Numbered from the whole stretch's first letter, positions 1 through 10,962 are shown. The stretch: DNA of 63,797 nt, filler included, from Globobulimina sp. (GCA_003354225.1; 35 parts of 35 records of this genome joined end to end with filler, not necessarily neighbours in it); one strand, 5' to 3'. The notes: a model not told the origin generated them from the letters alone. Numbers and translations: made by a program.

Positions 1-1111
1 GAATTAATTCTTTGATAAAAGGAATCAATTCTTCATCTGTGTAACGCATATATCTGTAGGATACATGCGGTAAATTTGCAGGTTTCCAGCCTACATATTT
101 TAATATTTTTGGATGTGGGCTTAAGTTATTATTTGCAAGCGAAGCACCTCCAATTCTGAAGGAATAGGAAGTATATCTTTTTGCTTCTGATAATTTGTTT
201 AATTTGCTTATTTCTTTTGTGATTTTTGTAAACATTTTTGTTGTTAAATCGACATTATTTGTATACCTAAATATATTCGAATTTGGTGTTAATGGAAAAT
301 GGGGATTATCGGAAGCAAATTGTTTCTGGCGCATTAAGAAGACTTTTAATAATAAATACGGATTAAAGTAGTTACAGGGGCATGTTCTGGAGGTACCGTA
401 AATATATTTATTACCACATCGAGAGTCACCAACAATGACTTTTTTTATTACTTTCCTATATTTCTGATTTTTAAATGATACAATATATAATATAAAATGT
501 GATTTTCTTTTGTCTTTTTTATCTTTTATGTGCCGAATGTATTTTAATTTAAGTCCGTGTTTAGTTTTGCCGTTTGAACTTATAATTAATTCACACGGTC
601 TTACCATTGTGGCATAGTATAATTGAGCCAATGTGACTTTTAATAAATTATTTAATTTTATTGTTGCTAAGTATTTACCAAATGCTTTATAAAATTGTGT
701 GTATTTAATAATATGTTTTAATTCAAATGGTAATCTGCTATCTGTTTCTGTGCCGTATTCTTTTTTTAATCCATCTTTAAAATTATCAAAATCCCTATCT
801 TTAACGCATTCAATACTGCTGTTTTTCAGATCACATAACCAAATTAAGGTAGCTTGCCACATATGAATTGAAGCAACACTGCCTAATTGGAGCGATCTTT
901 CCGAAAACCAATATGTTACTACTAATGGGTCCAATGGCATTTCCAAAGGATCTTCATCGATTAATACACAATATTTGGCCCAGTTTCTCAGATTTGAGAC
1001 GTAGTGCGTTTTTGTTAATGTACATTTCTTTATCGTGCGGATTTTTACAATGTGGTTTGTGTTTTTTGGGTCTTTTGGTGCAATTCTATTATTTGATAAT
1101 CTCACTTTCAT
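1..1111 (-). CDS. DIRS/Crypton-like tyrosine recombinase, ~370 codons, no stop before contig end (missed by the ORF track)
   Basis: Manual translation MKVRLSNNRIAPKD...TMVRPCE...SFKNQ...CPCNY...YSFRIGGASL...VGWKP...YRYMRY...IKELI, colinear with the 13413 ORF. Confidence 0.9.
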   Translation of the reverse strand, partial: MKVRLSNNRIAPKDPKNTNHIVKIRTIKKCTLTKTHYVSNLRNWAKYCVLIDEDPLEMPLDPLVVTYWFSERSLQLGSVASIHMWQATLIWLCDLKNSSIECVKDRDFDNFKDGLKKEYGTETDSRLPFELKHIIKYTQFYKAFGKYLATIKLNNLLKVTLAQLYYATMVRPCELIISSNGKTKHGLKLKYIRHIKDKKDKRKSHFILYIVSFKNQKYRKVIKKVIVGDSRCGNKYIYGTSRTCPCNYFNPYLLLKVFLMRQKQFASDNPHFPLTPNSNIFRYTNNVDLTTKMFTKITKEISKLNKLSEAKRYTSYSFRIGGASLANNNLSPHPKILKYVGWKPANLPHVSYRYMRYTDEELIPFIKELI

Positions 1112-1727
1112 AAATTCTATTACGTATATTTAAAATAAAAACAATAAATCAACAGTGATTGGTTGAACAAATTTGGTATAAATTATATTACACATTATAG
1201 TATAAATTATTTGCATTACAATAACGCCTTACACGATTAGTTAATGACAATAATATATTGTAAAAACTAAAGGCTTTTTATAGGTTTCGTTACAGTACAA
1301 ACTGTTTTTTGTTTATAAAAGTACATTTTTAGATAACGACAAAAAAACTCTACAGTCACTTACTTCAAAAGAAGGGAAACTACACAGTTTGTTGAGACGC
1401 ATAACATTTTATGTAACCACATTGGATACAATGGTGATATTTCAATTTTATAATTCAGTTTCTTTGTAATTAAATTGATGCCATTTAAAGCATATTAAAC
1501 AACAACATTTAGCAATATTAACCAATTAAAATTAATTTAAAGGAAGCACATTAAAATGGCCTTAAAATAATACAATATTAACTTTTAATAAATGGACATT
1601 TAAACAACGAAATTTATGAGTAATGCCCTGATATTTTAGGGAATACAGTAGTGTTCCCGATAAGAGGTACGCATATTAGTACTAATATATATATATTAGT
1701 TACTAATATATTTATATTCTGGAGCAC
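1112..1727 (-). ncRNA. Candidate structured non-coding leader of YR element copy A
   Basis: Shares CTGTATTCCCTAAAATA, TGCGTCTCAA, AAGTGAC and GTCATTnnCTAATCGT with copies B/C in the same order; equivalent hairpins. Confidence 0.4.
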
Positions 1728-1827
1728 NNNNNNNNNNNNNNNNNNNNNNNNNNNNNNNNNNNNNNNNNNNNTTAATTAATTAANNNNNNNNNNNNNNNNN
1801 NNNNNNNNNNNNNNNNNNNNNNNNNNN
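1728..1827. other. Artificial contig linker (44 N + TTAATTAATTAA + 44 N), repeated every ~1826 nt across the window
   Basis: Same spacer with stops in all six frames recurs throughout; contig lengths decrease slowly (1727, 1726, 1725...), i.e. a length-sorted assembly. Confidence 0.98.
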
Positions 1828-3554
1828 TGTGATGCTTTGGTATTGGACGCGTCATCCACACAAAATTTAGGTGGACGAGACGGGGATTATAATTGGACAT
1901 TGCTTGGAGAGATTATTGACCCGGACAATAATGATACGGTGCTGTATAATATGTCCTCTTTTGATGGTAATGATCAAGTGTTTGAATGGAATGAGATTGC
2001 ACCAAATTCCGATTTAATGTTGTATTTAAATGTCACGTCTTGGTTTGGTCAACATAGTTCCACGCAATTTGCTATAAAAAAAGATAATAGACCACAGCCG
2101 CAGATATCTGTGGATGGACCACAAATATTCCAGATCAACAATGAGAATTTGAATGGCGTGGTTATATTGACTGCGATAATTACTTTTGATGATACATGTT
2201 TAAGGAACAACACTGCCAATATACCGTATAAATTAGAGTGGAATGTCACATGCGATTTGTGCACTAATATTGGTGTATTATTGTCCTATTTGCATGGTAT
2301 AACCAGCGCAGACGGCAAAGCTGATGTAATATCGATTTTAGCAGAGGATTATTTAGAAGTTGGCGCATCATATATATTTGAAGTGAATTTAGAATGTTTG
2401 GAAGAGTTAGAATGTTCAACTTATGGCACATTATCTATGGAGTATATATATTCCGATATAATTTGCCAGATTGCAAATGCGGATATATTTCTCGGTACAA
2501 TGACCTTGAGTCAATTTAAAGCATACAACAGTTTGTATTTGGATGGTATTACCTTTACTTATGACCCTGATCACGATATCAATGACAAAAGCAATTTATT
2601 ATGGGATTGGGAATGTTTACAAACTGAATATCATGGTTCAATCAGTTGTGATTTGTTATTATATGATAGCAGCAATGCACAGACCTCCACTGAGGATAAT
2701 TCATGTTATATACATTTTGGTGACGAGACTGGCACCCTTTCATATGATGAAACCTATCAATTTACATTCACAATGCATGTATATGATAAGACCCAATTAA
2801 ATCGACCACAGTGTATAGATACCACCACTGTGGCGGTTACCATTGACACGCAAGGCGCAGACATGGATTTTATTATATTGGTGGTACAGATAATTGCCAC
2901 GGAAAGAATTGTCAATGTCGATGATACTGTGCGGTTAATAGTATCTTTTATTGAGATCAATAATAATGATAATTTTGAGCTCAGTCATCCCGATGCGTAT
3001 TTAATATATGAATGGAGCGAAGAAAATGATTTATTAAGCACACAAGAGATAAAACTATTAAATATAAATAATGACGGCAGTGGCAACCTTGTCATACCAC
3101 CAAGTTCATTAAGTAATGGTGTATATAAATTTAACATCGCCATTACCGTCTATTTAGGCGAGGAGCTGATTGGCGGTGGTTCAGCAGGCATACAAATTGA
3201 AATAAAGCCAGGTCCATTAATTACGTCGTTTATGATCGCACCGGAATGCGACCATATTACATTGGCCACATTGGATGAATTATTTTCTATGAGATATAAT
3301 CTATTTGTAGAGGCAGAAAGTAATTATCCACCTTTGAGTTATGCATTTTCAAAGACACAGCATGCCCCTCCAACTACGGCTTATTTACACAATCAGTTGC
3401 TAAATAATGGAGAATTAATGAATGTCATGTTACCGGTGGGAGTGTTTGATCTTAATGCGCATGTATTTGATGTGAGCGGTACTTTATCCGTAAAGAGTAA
3501 GGCATGTGATATTCAAATGGATGATAATTATTCCATCAAGGCCAATGCTACGGT
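1828..3554 (+). CDS. REJ/PKD-domain extracellular protein, internal fragment
   Basis: Open across the whole contig; LDASS...YNW, LDG..TYDPD...WDWEC and LPVG motifs typical of REJ modules. Confidence 0.7.
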
Positions 3555-3654
3555 NNNNNNNNNNNNNNNNNNNNNNNNNNNNNNNNNNNNNNNNNNNNTT
3601 AATTAATTAANNNNNNNNNNNNNNNNNNNNNNNNNNNNNNNNNNNNNNNNNNNN

Positions 3655-4260
3655 GCAGCTACATTGACATGACATTTTGCACAAAATGTCATGTCTAAAC
3701 TCATAATTCGCCTTAATTATGAGATATAATTATATTTAGCTGCTGTATTCCCTAAAATACAGCGGTATAAAATTCATATTGATTGATTAGTGTAATTCGA
3801 CTCAAATCGTAATGGATTTCCGCATAAATGAATTATTCCTAATTTGCAACAATTTGACTCAAATCGTAACTGATTTCCGCAAAATATGATTGTTTCTCAA
3901 TTAATTGAATCTAATTTATATTAATTTTCAAATATTACTTTATTAATAATCTTCTCTCTGACACCACAGCGATAATTGAAATTACATAACTTTGACGTTG
4001 CATTGCACACTTTTACAATGTTTGTGCGTCTCAATTTTGTCACGAGCCCATCCTTTAAGTGAAGTGACCCAACTTTGAACTGAATTTTCTTAAATACTTA
4101 AAAAACTTTGTCAACTTAAATGTAACCCTTCAAGCTTTAAGGGAGTACCATTTATATGGTCATTCTCTAATCGTTCTGGGCATTTTTGTTTTGTGTTTGC
4201 CCTATAAAATTTTTGCATTTTGTTAATTATACTTAATAATATTAAACGTATACAATTTCA
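3655..4260 (+). ncRNA. Candidate structured non-coding leader of YR element copy B
   Basis: Stems 3655-3661/3737-3743, 3666-3695, 3700-3723, 3742-3763, 4147-4160, 4178-4202; indels versus copy C argue against coding. Confidence 0.45.
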
Positions 4261-4266
4261 GAATAT

Positions 4267-5381
4267 CTGAAAGCCAGATTGGGTAAAAATAGAATAGCAC
4301 CAAAAGATAAGCTTAATACTGCCCATATAAAGAAGATTAGAACCGGAGATAAAATACATTTAACGAAAACACATTATGTTTCTGCGTTGAAAAACTGGAC
4401 CAAATATTGCCTACAAATTGATGAAAATCCTTTGGGAATGCCTATAGACCCATTGGTTGTAACATATTGGTTCTCTGAGAGATCACTCCAATTAGGAAGT
4501 GTTGCATCAATAACTACATGGCAATCGTGCTTAGGATGGCTGTGTGACTTAAAAGGAGGATCCCATGAATGGAAAAATGATTATGATTTCAACCAATTCA
4601 AAAAAGGATTAAAAATTGAATATGCAGTAATTGCCGATCCAAGACTGCCTTTTGAATTAGAAAACTTAATAAAATATACAAAGAAATATAAAGCCTATGG
4701 TAGGCACTTAATTACAATTGATTTGAATATATTAATGAATGTTTTATTAATGCAAATATATTTTTGTACCATGGTAAGACCGTGTGAATATTTAGTAAAT
4801 ATCCGAAGCAAAACCAAATTCTGACTTAAAATGAAAAATATTGAACATTTATGGTCAACAAAAGTAAAGGAATGGTACTTCAGATTATCTGTCTTATCCT
4901 TCAAAAATCAAAAATATAGAAAAGTAATAAAAATTGTAATTATCGGTGATTCAAAATGTGGCAAAAGATACATGACAGGAACCAGCAAAACATGTCCCTG
5001 TAATTACATCAATCGATATTTATTATCAAAAGTATATCTAAATAGAATACGAGAATTTTCAATCAAAAATTCTCATTATATTTTAAATAAAAATTCAAAT
5101 GTATTTAGATTTAAAAACGGTTTGGATGTTTCAACCAAACATCTCGCGGACTTAGCGACCGAATTAAAAATACTTTGCAAATTATCCGAACCCAAACGAT
5201 ATACAGCATATTCGTACAGAATTGGTGGTGCATCTTTGTCGAATAATAACCGAATACCACACCCAAAAATATTGAAATATGTTGGATGGAAACCTGCAAA
5301 TCTCCCTCATGTGTCTTACCTATATATGAGATACAAAGAGGATGATTTTATAATATTTATTAGAGAATTGTTACATGGATC
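4267..5381 (+). pseudogene. Tyrosine recombinase with in-frame TGA at 4822-4824
   Basis: ORFs 4279-4824 and 4831-end are one frame; TGA replaces the GGA (Gly) of copies A and C. Confidence 0.85.
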
Positions 5382-5918
5382 NNNNNNNNNNNNNNNNNNN
5401 NNNNNNNNNNNNNNNNNNNNNNNNNTTAATTAATTAANNNNNNNNNNNNNNNNNNNNNNNNNNNNNNNNNNNNNNNNNNNNGATTTCTGTGGAACCGGAT
5501 TGGACTGCCTTTGTAACATTGGTCATGAAACAAATAAAGCCAAAATACAATTTATGTACATATATTAGACAATGTTTACAAAATAATAACTATTTATTTT
5601 TTGAAATAAGCTCGTTTTATAATATTTTTATGACTGAATATGAAGCAAAAAAATTATTTAAATTATTTATTGTTGAAGATTTATATCATAGTCCTGATTA
5701 TCATAATGGTGCTATTTCAAACGATGAACTAAAAGAAATTGATTTACTGATAAACAAAGAATTTGGTAAATTGATTGCACCGCATAATGGTTCCAATAAT
5801 ATTGTATATAAACAAAATACAAATTGGTTTGTTATAAAAAAAGGGACAATGAAATCCAAATTATAGAATAATAATTTAATTTACACTTCCATTTGAACTT
5901 TTTTGTATCTTTGTTATA

Positions 5919-6061
5919 CTTTAGAATATGACCTGTTTAAAACACATTGTTTTTAAAATCCGCAAATTCGCAAGCCGTTTTGTTGGGAGATGGTGATGAC
6001 CTCTCCATAGGTTTTAAAATTTTTCTAAAACGCAGTGTTTCAAACAGGTCATATTCTAAAG
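5919..6061. mobile_element. MITE, ~27-bp TIR CTTTAGAATATGACCTGTTT(A/G)AAACAC, TA-flanked
   Basis: TIR pair with one mismatch, TA on both sides; related copies at 26627-26837 and 52144-52169. Confidence 0.8.
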
Positions 6062-6721
6062 TAATAGTAATAATACAGAAAATAGAAACTTTTTGCTTCC
6101 AGTTTTGAGTTTTCTAGTGTTGAGTTAATTTCTTATTTGCACCTATCATATGGATCAGCGGCAGCCAATGTTCTGTGAAACTGTAGCGACAGCCAATGGA
6201 CAAAACAAATTATTGCAATTGGTATGTTGAAGTGGTGTAGTCATCGAATACAGTAACTCTTTGTCCCATTAATCAAATGTAGCAATACTTGAATGTAATA
6301 AATATATGTTTTGATTAATATGGAGATTAACAATAACAAATGGTTCGGTATCTCAATGATAGAGAATGCGTCTGCGGCTTCGGTCGTATCCTGGAGGCTC
6401 GCCTTCATTTATATGGTGGTTACTAACCAAATTGACAAACCGCTCGAAGCGGTTTATAGATTTCCCGATGAAGAGAGAGTGTTTGTTAGCAATAACTTAT
6501 TATTACAAACCAATGCTATACATTCAATTCGCATGGATGTAGGTTTAAATCCTACCCGAACCAATATCATTAATTTTTGGAGATGGTATTAATATTAAAA
6601 TTGCAATCGAAGTTATTTTGCTCATGCTGTTGTTCTTGGAATGCAATATTTATTGCTCAGCATGGAACAAACACAAAAGAAGTGTGACCATAAAAAGTCA
6701 ATTACATAACACAAAAATATT

Positions 6722-7208
6722 TCACTTTGTAGTTTCAAATTCTCTTAATTTATGTCTTTGTATTTTTTTTGAAATGGTCATAGGTAAATCCTCAACAAAT
6801 TCAACAATTCGCGGATATTCATGTTTTCCGACATGCTGCTTTGCAAAATTTTGAATATCTATTTTCAACTCATTCAATTTATTCTCGTCATTAATTTTAT
6901 ATTTCAACACAACAAACAATTTCACGATTTCATTCCTTAACTCATCAGCAACCCCAATGGCTGCACAATTTGCAATCAACTCATGTTTCATGCAAACATT
7001 CTCGATCTCTGATGGGCCAATCCGGTATCCCGCAGATATTATAACATCGTCACACCGTGAATAATAATAAAAATATCCATCCTCATCTTTTCTCGCTAAA
7101 TCCCCCGTAATGAGCCACTTTCTATTCCTTTCTGCATCCAATATAAACTTTTCATTTTTTTTTTTTTCATCCATCCAATAATTTAAAAACATGACTGGAT
7201 CGGGTGCG
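6722..7208 (-). CDS. Acyl-CoA synthetase (AMP-binding) C-terminal fragment
   Basis: TGDLARKDEDGY, R.DDVIISAGYRIGPSEIE, LPMTISKKIQR. Confidence 0.9.
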
Positions 7209-7418
7209 NNNNNNNNNNNNNNNNNNNNNNNNNNNNNNNNNNNNNNNNNNNNTTAATTAATTAANNNNNNNNNNNNNNNNNNNNNNNNNNNNNNNNNNNN
7301 NNNNNNNNAATCAACAAAAATAAAATACTAAAACGATAAGTAAAGTGAAATCCGCTCTGGTTTTTTTTTAATCTTTCATTATTTCCCCTTGTGTTTTTAA
7401 GGAAACACTTGATAAACC

Positions 7419-7793
7419 ATGGGAATTATATACAGCTCAATTTACGGTGTGGACAGAACAAATGCTCTTTGCGAGTTCTCTTCTTTTATATATTGCATTG
7501 GAAGCGTTGACGTGGTTGTATTTTCTGATAGATTGTCATATGAAGATAACACATTATTTACTGAATGTTATACACCTTATGCTGTGGGCTGTGGATCATG
7601 TCAAAAAACAATATATTACACAGATATAATTAAATTAGATGAACATCTTGAACATCCAGCATATATTACAAAGACAAGTGTTGGAATCAAAATAAAGACA
7701 AGAACTGAAGAAATATATATATATCCTGTTGCGAGAAATAACATTGCAAAAATACAACGCCTATGGGCTATGGTGCAGAGCACACTAAAATAA
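7419..7793 (+). CDS. Small hypothetical protein
   Basis: 124-aa ATG-initiated ORF; no recognised motif. Confidence 0.45.
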   Translation: MGIIYSSIYGVDRTNALCEFSSFIYCIGSVDVVVFSDRLSYEDNTLFTECYTPYAVGCGSCQKTIYYTDIIKLDEHLEHPAYITKTSVGIKIKTRTEEIYIYPVARNNIAKIQRLWAMVQSTLK

Positions 7794-8013
7794 GTCAGTT
7801 TCATTGTTTAATTTGTAATGTTTTAATAGTAGTCTTGCTATTGACTATTGTAACAATATGACTCTTTCCACAGAGACACTACCAGATTGGCCCTTTTTTG
7901 TATACCTCATATGATGCGTTTCTTTGGACGGTCTGTCCCCACTTTTGGATACGCGTTGCTCTGATAGATGAAAAGTTTTCTGGTTCAATTTTCCTTGACT
8001 TGACATTGTAACC

Positions 8014-9035
8014 ATGGCAAGGAGTTCTTTTTATCGTCTTCGCAGTTTCAAAATATTATTTGTTATTAATCTTTGGTTTATTTGTTGGATCATAATATGG
8101 CATTTTGCGCTTATTTGGCACACAGGATATGGTTTGACTAATGTTTTTAATGTCGATCACAAACCAAGTACAACAACAGAAACGAGAAGCACTGTCACTA
8201 ATAATACTCAAAAGCAACGAGAAATAGAAATATTAGTAAATGCACTAATTGACAACATAACGATATTGGATAGCAACCCCGTGTACAGAGTGGGCAATAT
8301 TTTATTGCATGATGGCGCCAAATGGAAACAGGATATTGATACAATTAAACATAACAAATCGTATAACGATACCATATTACATCGTTATCTAAATTTATTG
8401 CATTATAAGTATTCCAATTTCACAAGCTCGAAATTTAGAAAAGCAATTGATTGGTACACAAAAAACAACCAAAACAATATATATTATCCACAACAAAATG
8501 AATTTATAATACATTTGCGTCTCGGTGATGTTGTCGAAAAAGCATGGTTTCTGAAGCAACCATTCGATGTAATTATAAATAATACAATTTCTAAATATAA
8601 AAATATCTCTAAAATAACGTTTTTATGCGCAATGCATTGGGGTGGATATGTTGAGAGTCGATCGTTTTTTTACAATGCAACTGCGGAGGCTGAGAATGAA
8701 AGGAAATTACGAGATTTGTTCACAACAATTATAGATACATTTGGCACAAATAAACAAATTAAATCATACCAGTTAGTGTCAAATAAGAATGTTGATCGTG
8801 ATCTGATCGTAGCGGTAAAAGCCAAATATTTGTATACCAATCGATGTAAAAGTACATTTGCCAAAGTGCTAACAAAATTAAATTACGCTGGATATAAAAG
8901 GATATGGGATGCTATGCATAATAAGCGGCAGCTATGTTGGCTCAGATCTGGGTATCGAATAAAAAAGAGATATAAACAAAAACATAAACATAGGCATGGG
9001 CATAAACACCATCATCATACACATGAGACAAAGAA
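8014..9035 (+). CDS. Type II membrane glycosyltransferase-like (fucosyltransferase-like) protein with His-rich tail
   Basis: N-terminal TM segment, S/T stem, IHLRLGD motif (HxRxGD). Confidence 0.55.
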
Positions 9036-9423
9036 NNNNNNNNNNNNNNNNNNNNNNNNNNNNNNNNNNNNNNNNNNNNTTAATTAATTAANNNNNNNNN
9101 NNNNNNNNNNNNNNNNNNNNNNNNNNNNNNNNNNNATGGACACAATAATGGAAAAAAACGAAATTTTTGGCGGATCAATATCCTTAACTGTTATATATAT
9201 GTTGTTAATTATTCTTAGTTTTGGTAGGCTCCTATCGCTAAAAAAAGAAAGTTGTCAATATTTTTATCATATATATTTAGAATAAATCTATAAATATAAC
9301 ACAATAAGTCTATAAATACACACACATACACACACACACACACACAAACAAACACACACACATACAAGACACAACATAAAAACATGTCACTTGACAGCAC
9401 CTTAGAGTCTATCGATGGTTTAA

Positions 9424-10515
9424 TTGGTTTCGCCAGCATCATCACAAGGTAACTCACAACATATTTTTGTCACCCCAACAGCAGTAAGAAATCAACACAT
9501 GAATTTAGGACAAATGAGAGGTGTCGTTCAAATATTTAGACATTATTTCCCAAAAGGAACGGGTAAAAGAATGAATAAAGAGCAAAAGCAAAGGAAATGG
9601 AACAGTTATAAAAACAAAATTTATCAATCATATCGAAGAATAATTACTGGGAAGCTTGCGTCTGAAAAAGCATTAGTAAAAAGATATTCTGAACCATTAG
9701 CTTTCATAAAATATAAATTAAAACGTGCAACAAATTTAAAGGTAACAGATTTAAACCTAAATGATCAAGATTATTTTCATGAAATTGGTGGTGTTGATGA
9801 TATAAATGAGTTAATAAAAAAAACATATAACATTGACTCAGTGGGCAAAATGTCTCAGACATTTCAACCATTATTTGGTGGTCGAAAAAGACGTAGAACA
9901 AATAATAATAATAATAATAATAATAATGATGATGATGCTGAAGATGATGATATTGATATATTATTACCACCAACTGTAACAATACCAAAGGTAGAAAATA
10001 TTAATGGTGGACGAAAATTAACACATGCATTGACAGTATTAAATGATAAATTGGATATTTTCGAAAGAGAGCAATTAGAGAAAAAAAAGATTGAAATGTT
10101 TGAAATCACCAAACAAAAAATATCAGCTTTAATTACTTCAGTCGAAACACAATTTATTAATAAACCACATATGATTGGTTGCATTCCTGGTATTACTGCA
10201 GGTGATCAAGAAAAATTATCATTTATTTGTTGGTTAAATACATATAAAGATGTGATTAAGCAAGATAATGCAATAACAAATATTACAATGGAAATATTTA
10301 TATCCCAAATAGTGACACTTCAAACAGATGTTATGGCTTGGCATGAATTTTTTACAAGATGGAGGTTAAACAGAATTATATATAATGATAATTTTGAAAT
10401 TATTTGGAAAAAAGTAAAACATAATTTAAATATATATGATATTGATGATATTAATGATGATGAAGAAGAAGAAAAAGAATTTGAATTAAATATTAATGAT
10501 AAAGAAGAACTATGA
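9424..10515 (+). CDS. Hypothetical nuclear protein, possibly Myb/SANT-like transposon accessory protein
   Basis: 363-aa ORF; EQKQRKWNSYKNKIY, NLS-like RKRRR, coiled-coil; followed by long hairpins. Confidence 0.5.
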   Translation: MVSPASSQGNSQHIFVTPTAVRNQHMNLGQMRGVVQIFRHYFPKGTGKRMNKEQKQRKWNSYKNKIYQSYRRIITGKLASEKALVKRYSEPLAFIKYKLKRATNLKVTDLNLNDQDYFHEIGGVDDINELIKKTYNIDSVGKMSQTFQPLFGGRKRRRTNNNNNNNNNDDDAEDDDIDILLPPTVTIPKVENINGGRKLTHALTVLNDKLDIFEREQLEKKKIEMFEITKQKISALITSVETQFINKPHMIGCIPGITAGDQEKLSFICWLNTYKDVIKQDNAITNITMEIFISQIVTLQTDVMAWHEFFTRWRLNRIIYNDNFEIIWKKVKHNLNIYDIDDINDDEEEEKEFELNINDKEEL

Positions 10516-10592
10516 CATTTTTTTTTTATTATTATTTTTCCTTAATAATATTTAATATATATATATATATATAGTATACACCGAAATATCAG

Positions 10593-10852
10593 AAACATGT
10601 ACAAAATATTACTTGGTTAATATTTTGTACATGTTTGAAAATGCTATTTCAAAACATGTACAAAATATTACTAGGTTAATATTTTGTACATGTTATTAGT
10701 CTAGTCGAAAATATTATATACAAACAAGTTATTATATATATATATTAACTTATTTTATTGCAAATTTGAAGATAACATCTCAGCCACACCTTGTACACTT
10801 CCAATTGACTCAACTGAACTCAGCGCCAAGCGCTGAGCTCATTTGAGTCAAT
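10593..10852. repeat. Two tandem 18-19-bp-stem palindromes plus a long GC-cored hairpin
   Basis: 10593-10636 and 10653-10694 perfect stems; 10804-10852 hairpin. Confidence 0.85.
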
Positions 10853-10962
10853 ATTCCAGTGTNNNNNNNNNNNNNNNNNNNNNNNNNNNNNNNNNNNNNN
10901 NNNNNNTTAATTAATTAANNNNNNNNNNNNNNNNNNNNNNNNNNNNNNNNNNNNNNNNNNNN

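Larger units (their letters stand above)
1..1727 (-). mobile_element. Tyrosine-recombinase element, copy A (divergent family member)
   Basis: Same layout and length as 3655-5381 and 12790-14515: non-coding leader with shared motifs, then a YR ORF open at the end. Confidence 0.8.
3655..5381 (+). mobile_element. Tyrosine-recombinase element, copy B (recombinase carries a nonsense mutation)
   Basis: End-to-end near-identical to 12790-14515 with identical first and last bases. Confidence 0.85.

Noticed and set aside
868-1113. Plus-strand 81-aa ORF and the many short antisense ORFs in the track
   Set aside because: Shadows of real genes on the opposite strand or in another frame
1728-1827. Regularly spaced TTAATTAATTAA palindrome
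   Set aside because: Artificial linker within N runs; adjacency across linkers has no biological meaning
4036-4070. Twister-ribozyme-like GTCACGAGCCC...AGTGAAGTG in the leader
   Set aside because: P4 stem and UAA cleavage strand cannot be formed, and the motif is not kept in copy A
4162-4171. 10-nt complement between the leader and the element right end (possible guide or ICR)
   Set aside because: AT-rich and does not covary in copy A; compatible with chance
4822-4824. TGA recoding or alternative genetic code
   Set aside because: Aligns to Gly (GGA) in the other copies, and TGA terminates other genes in the window
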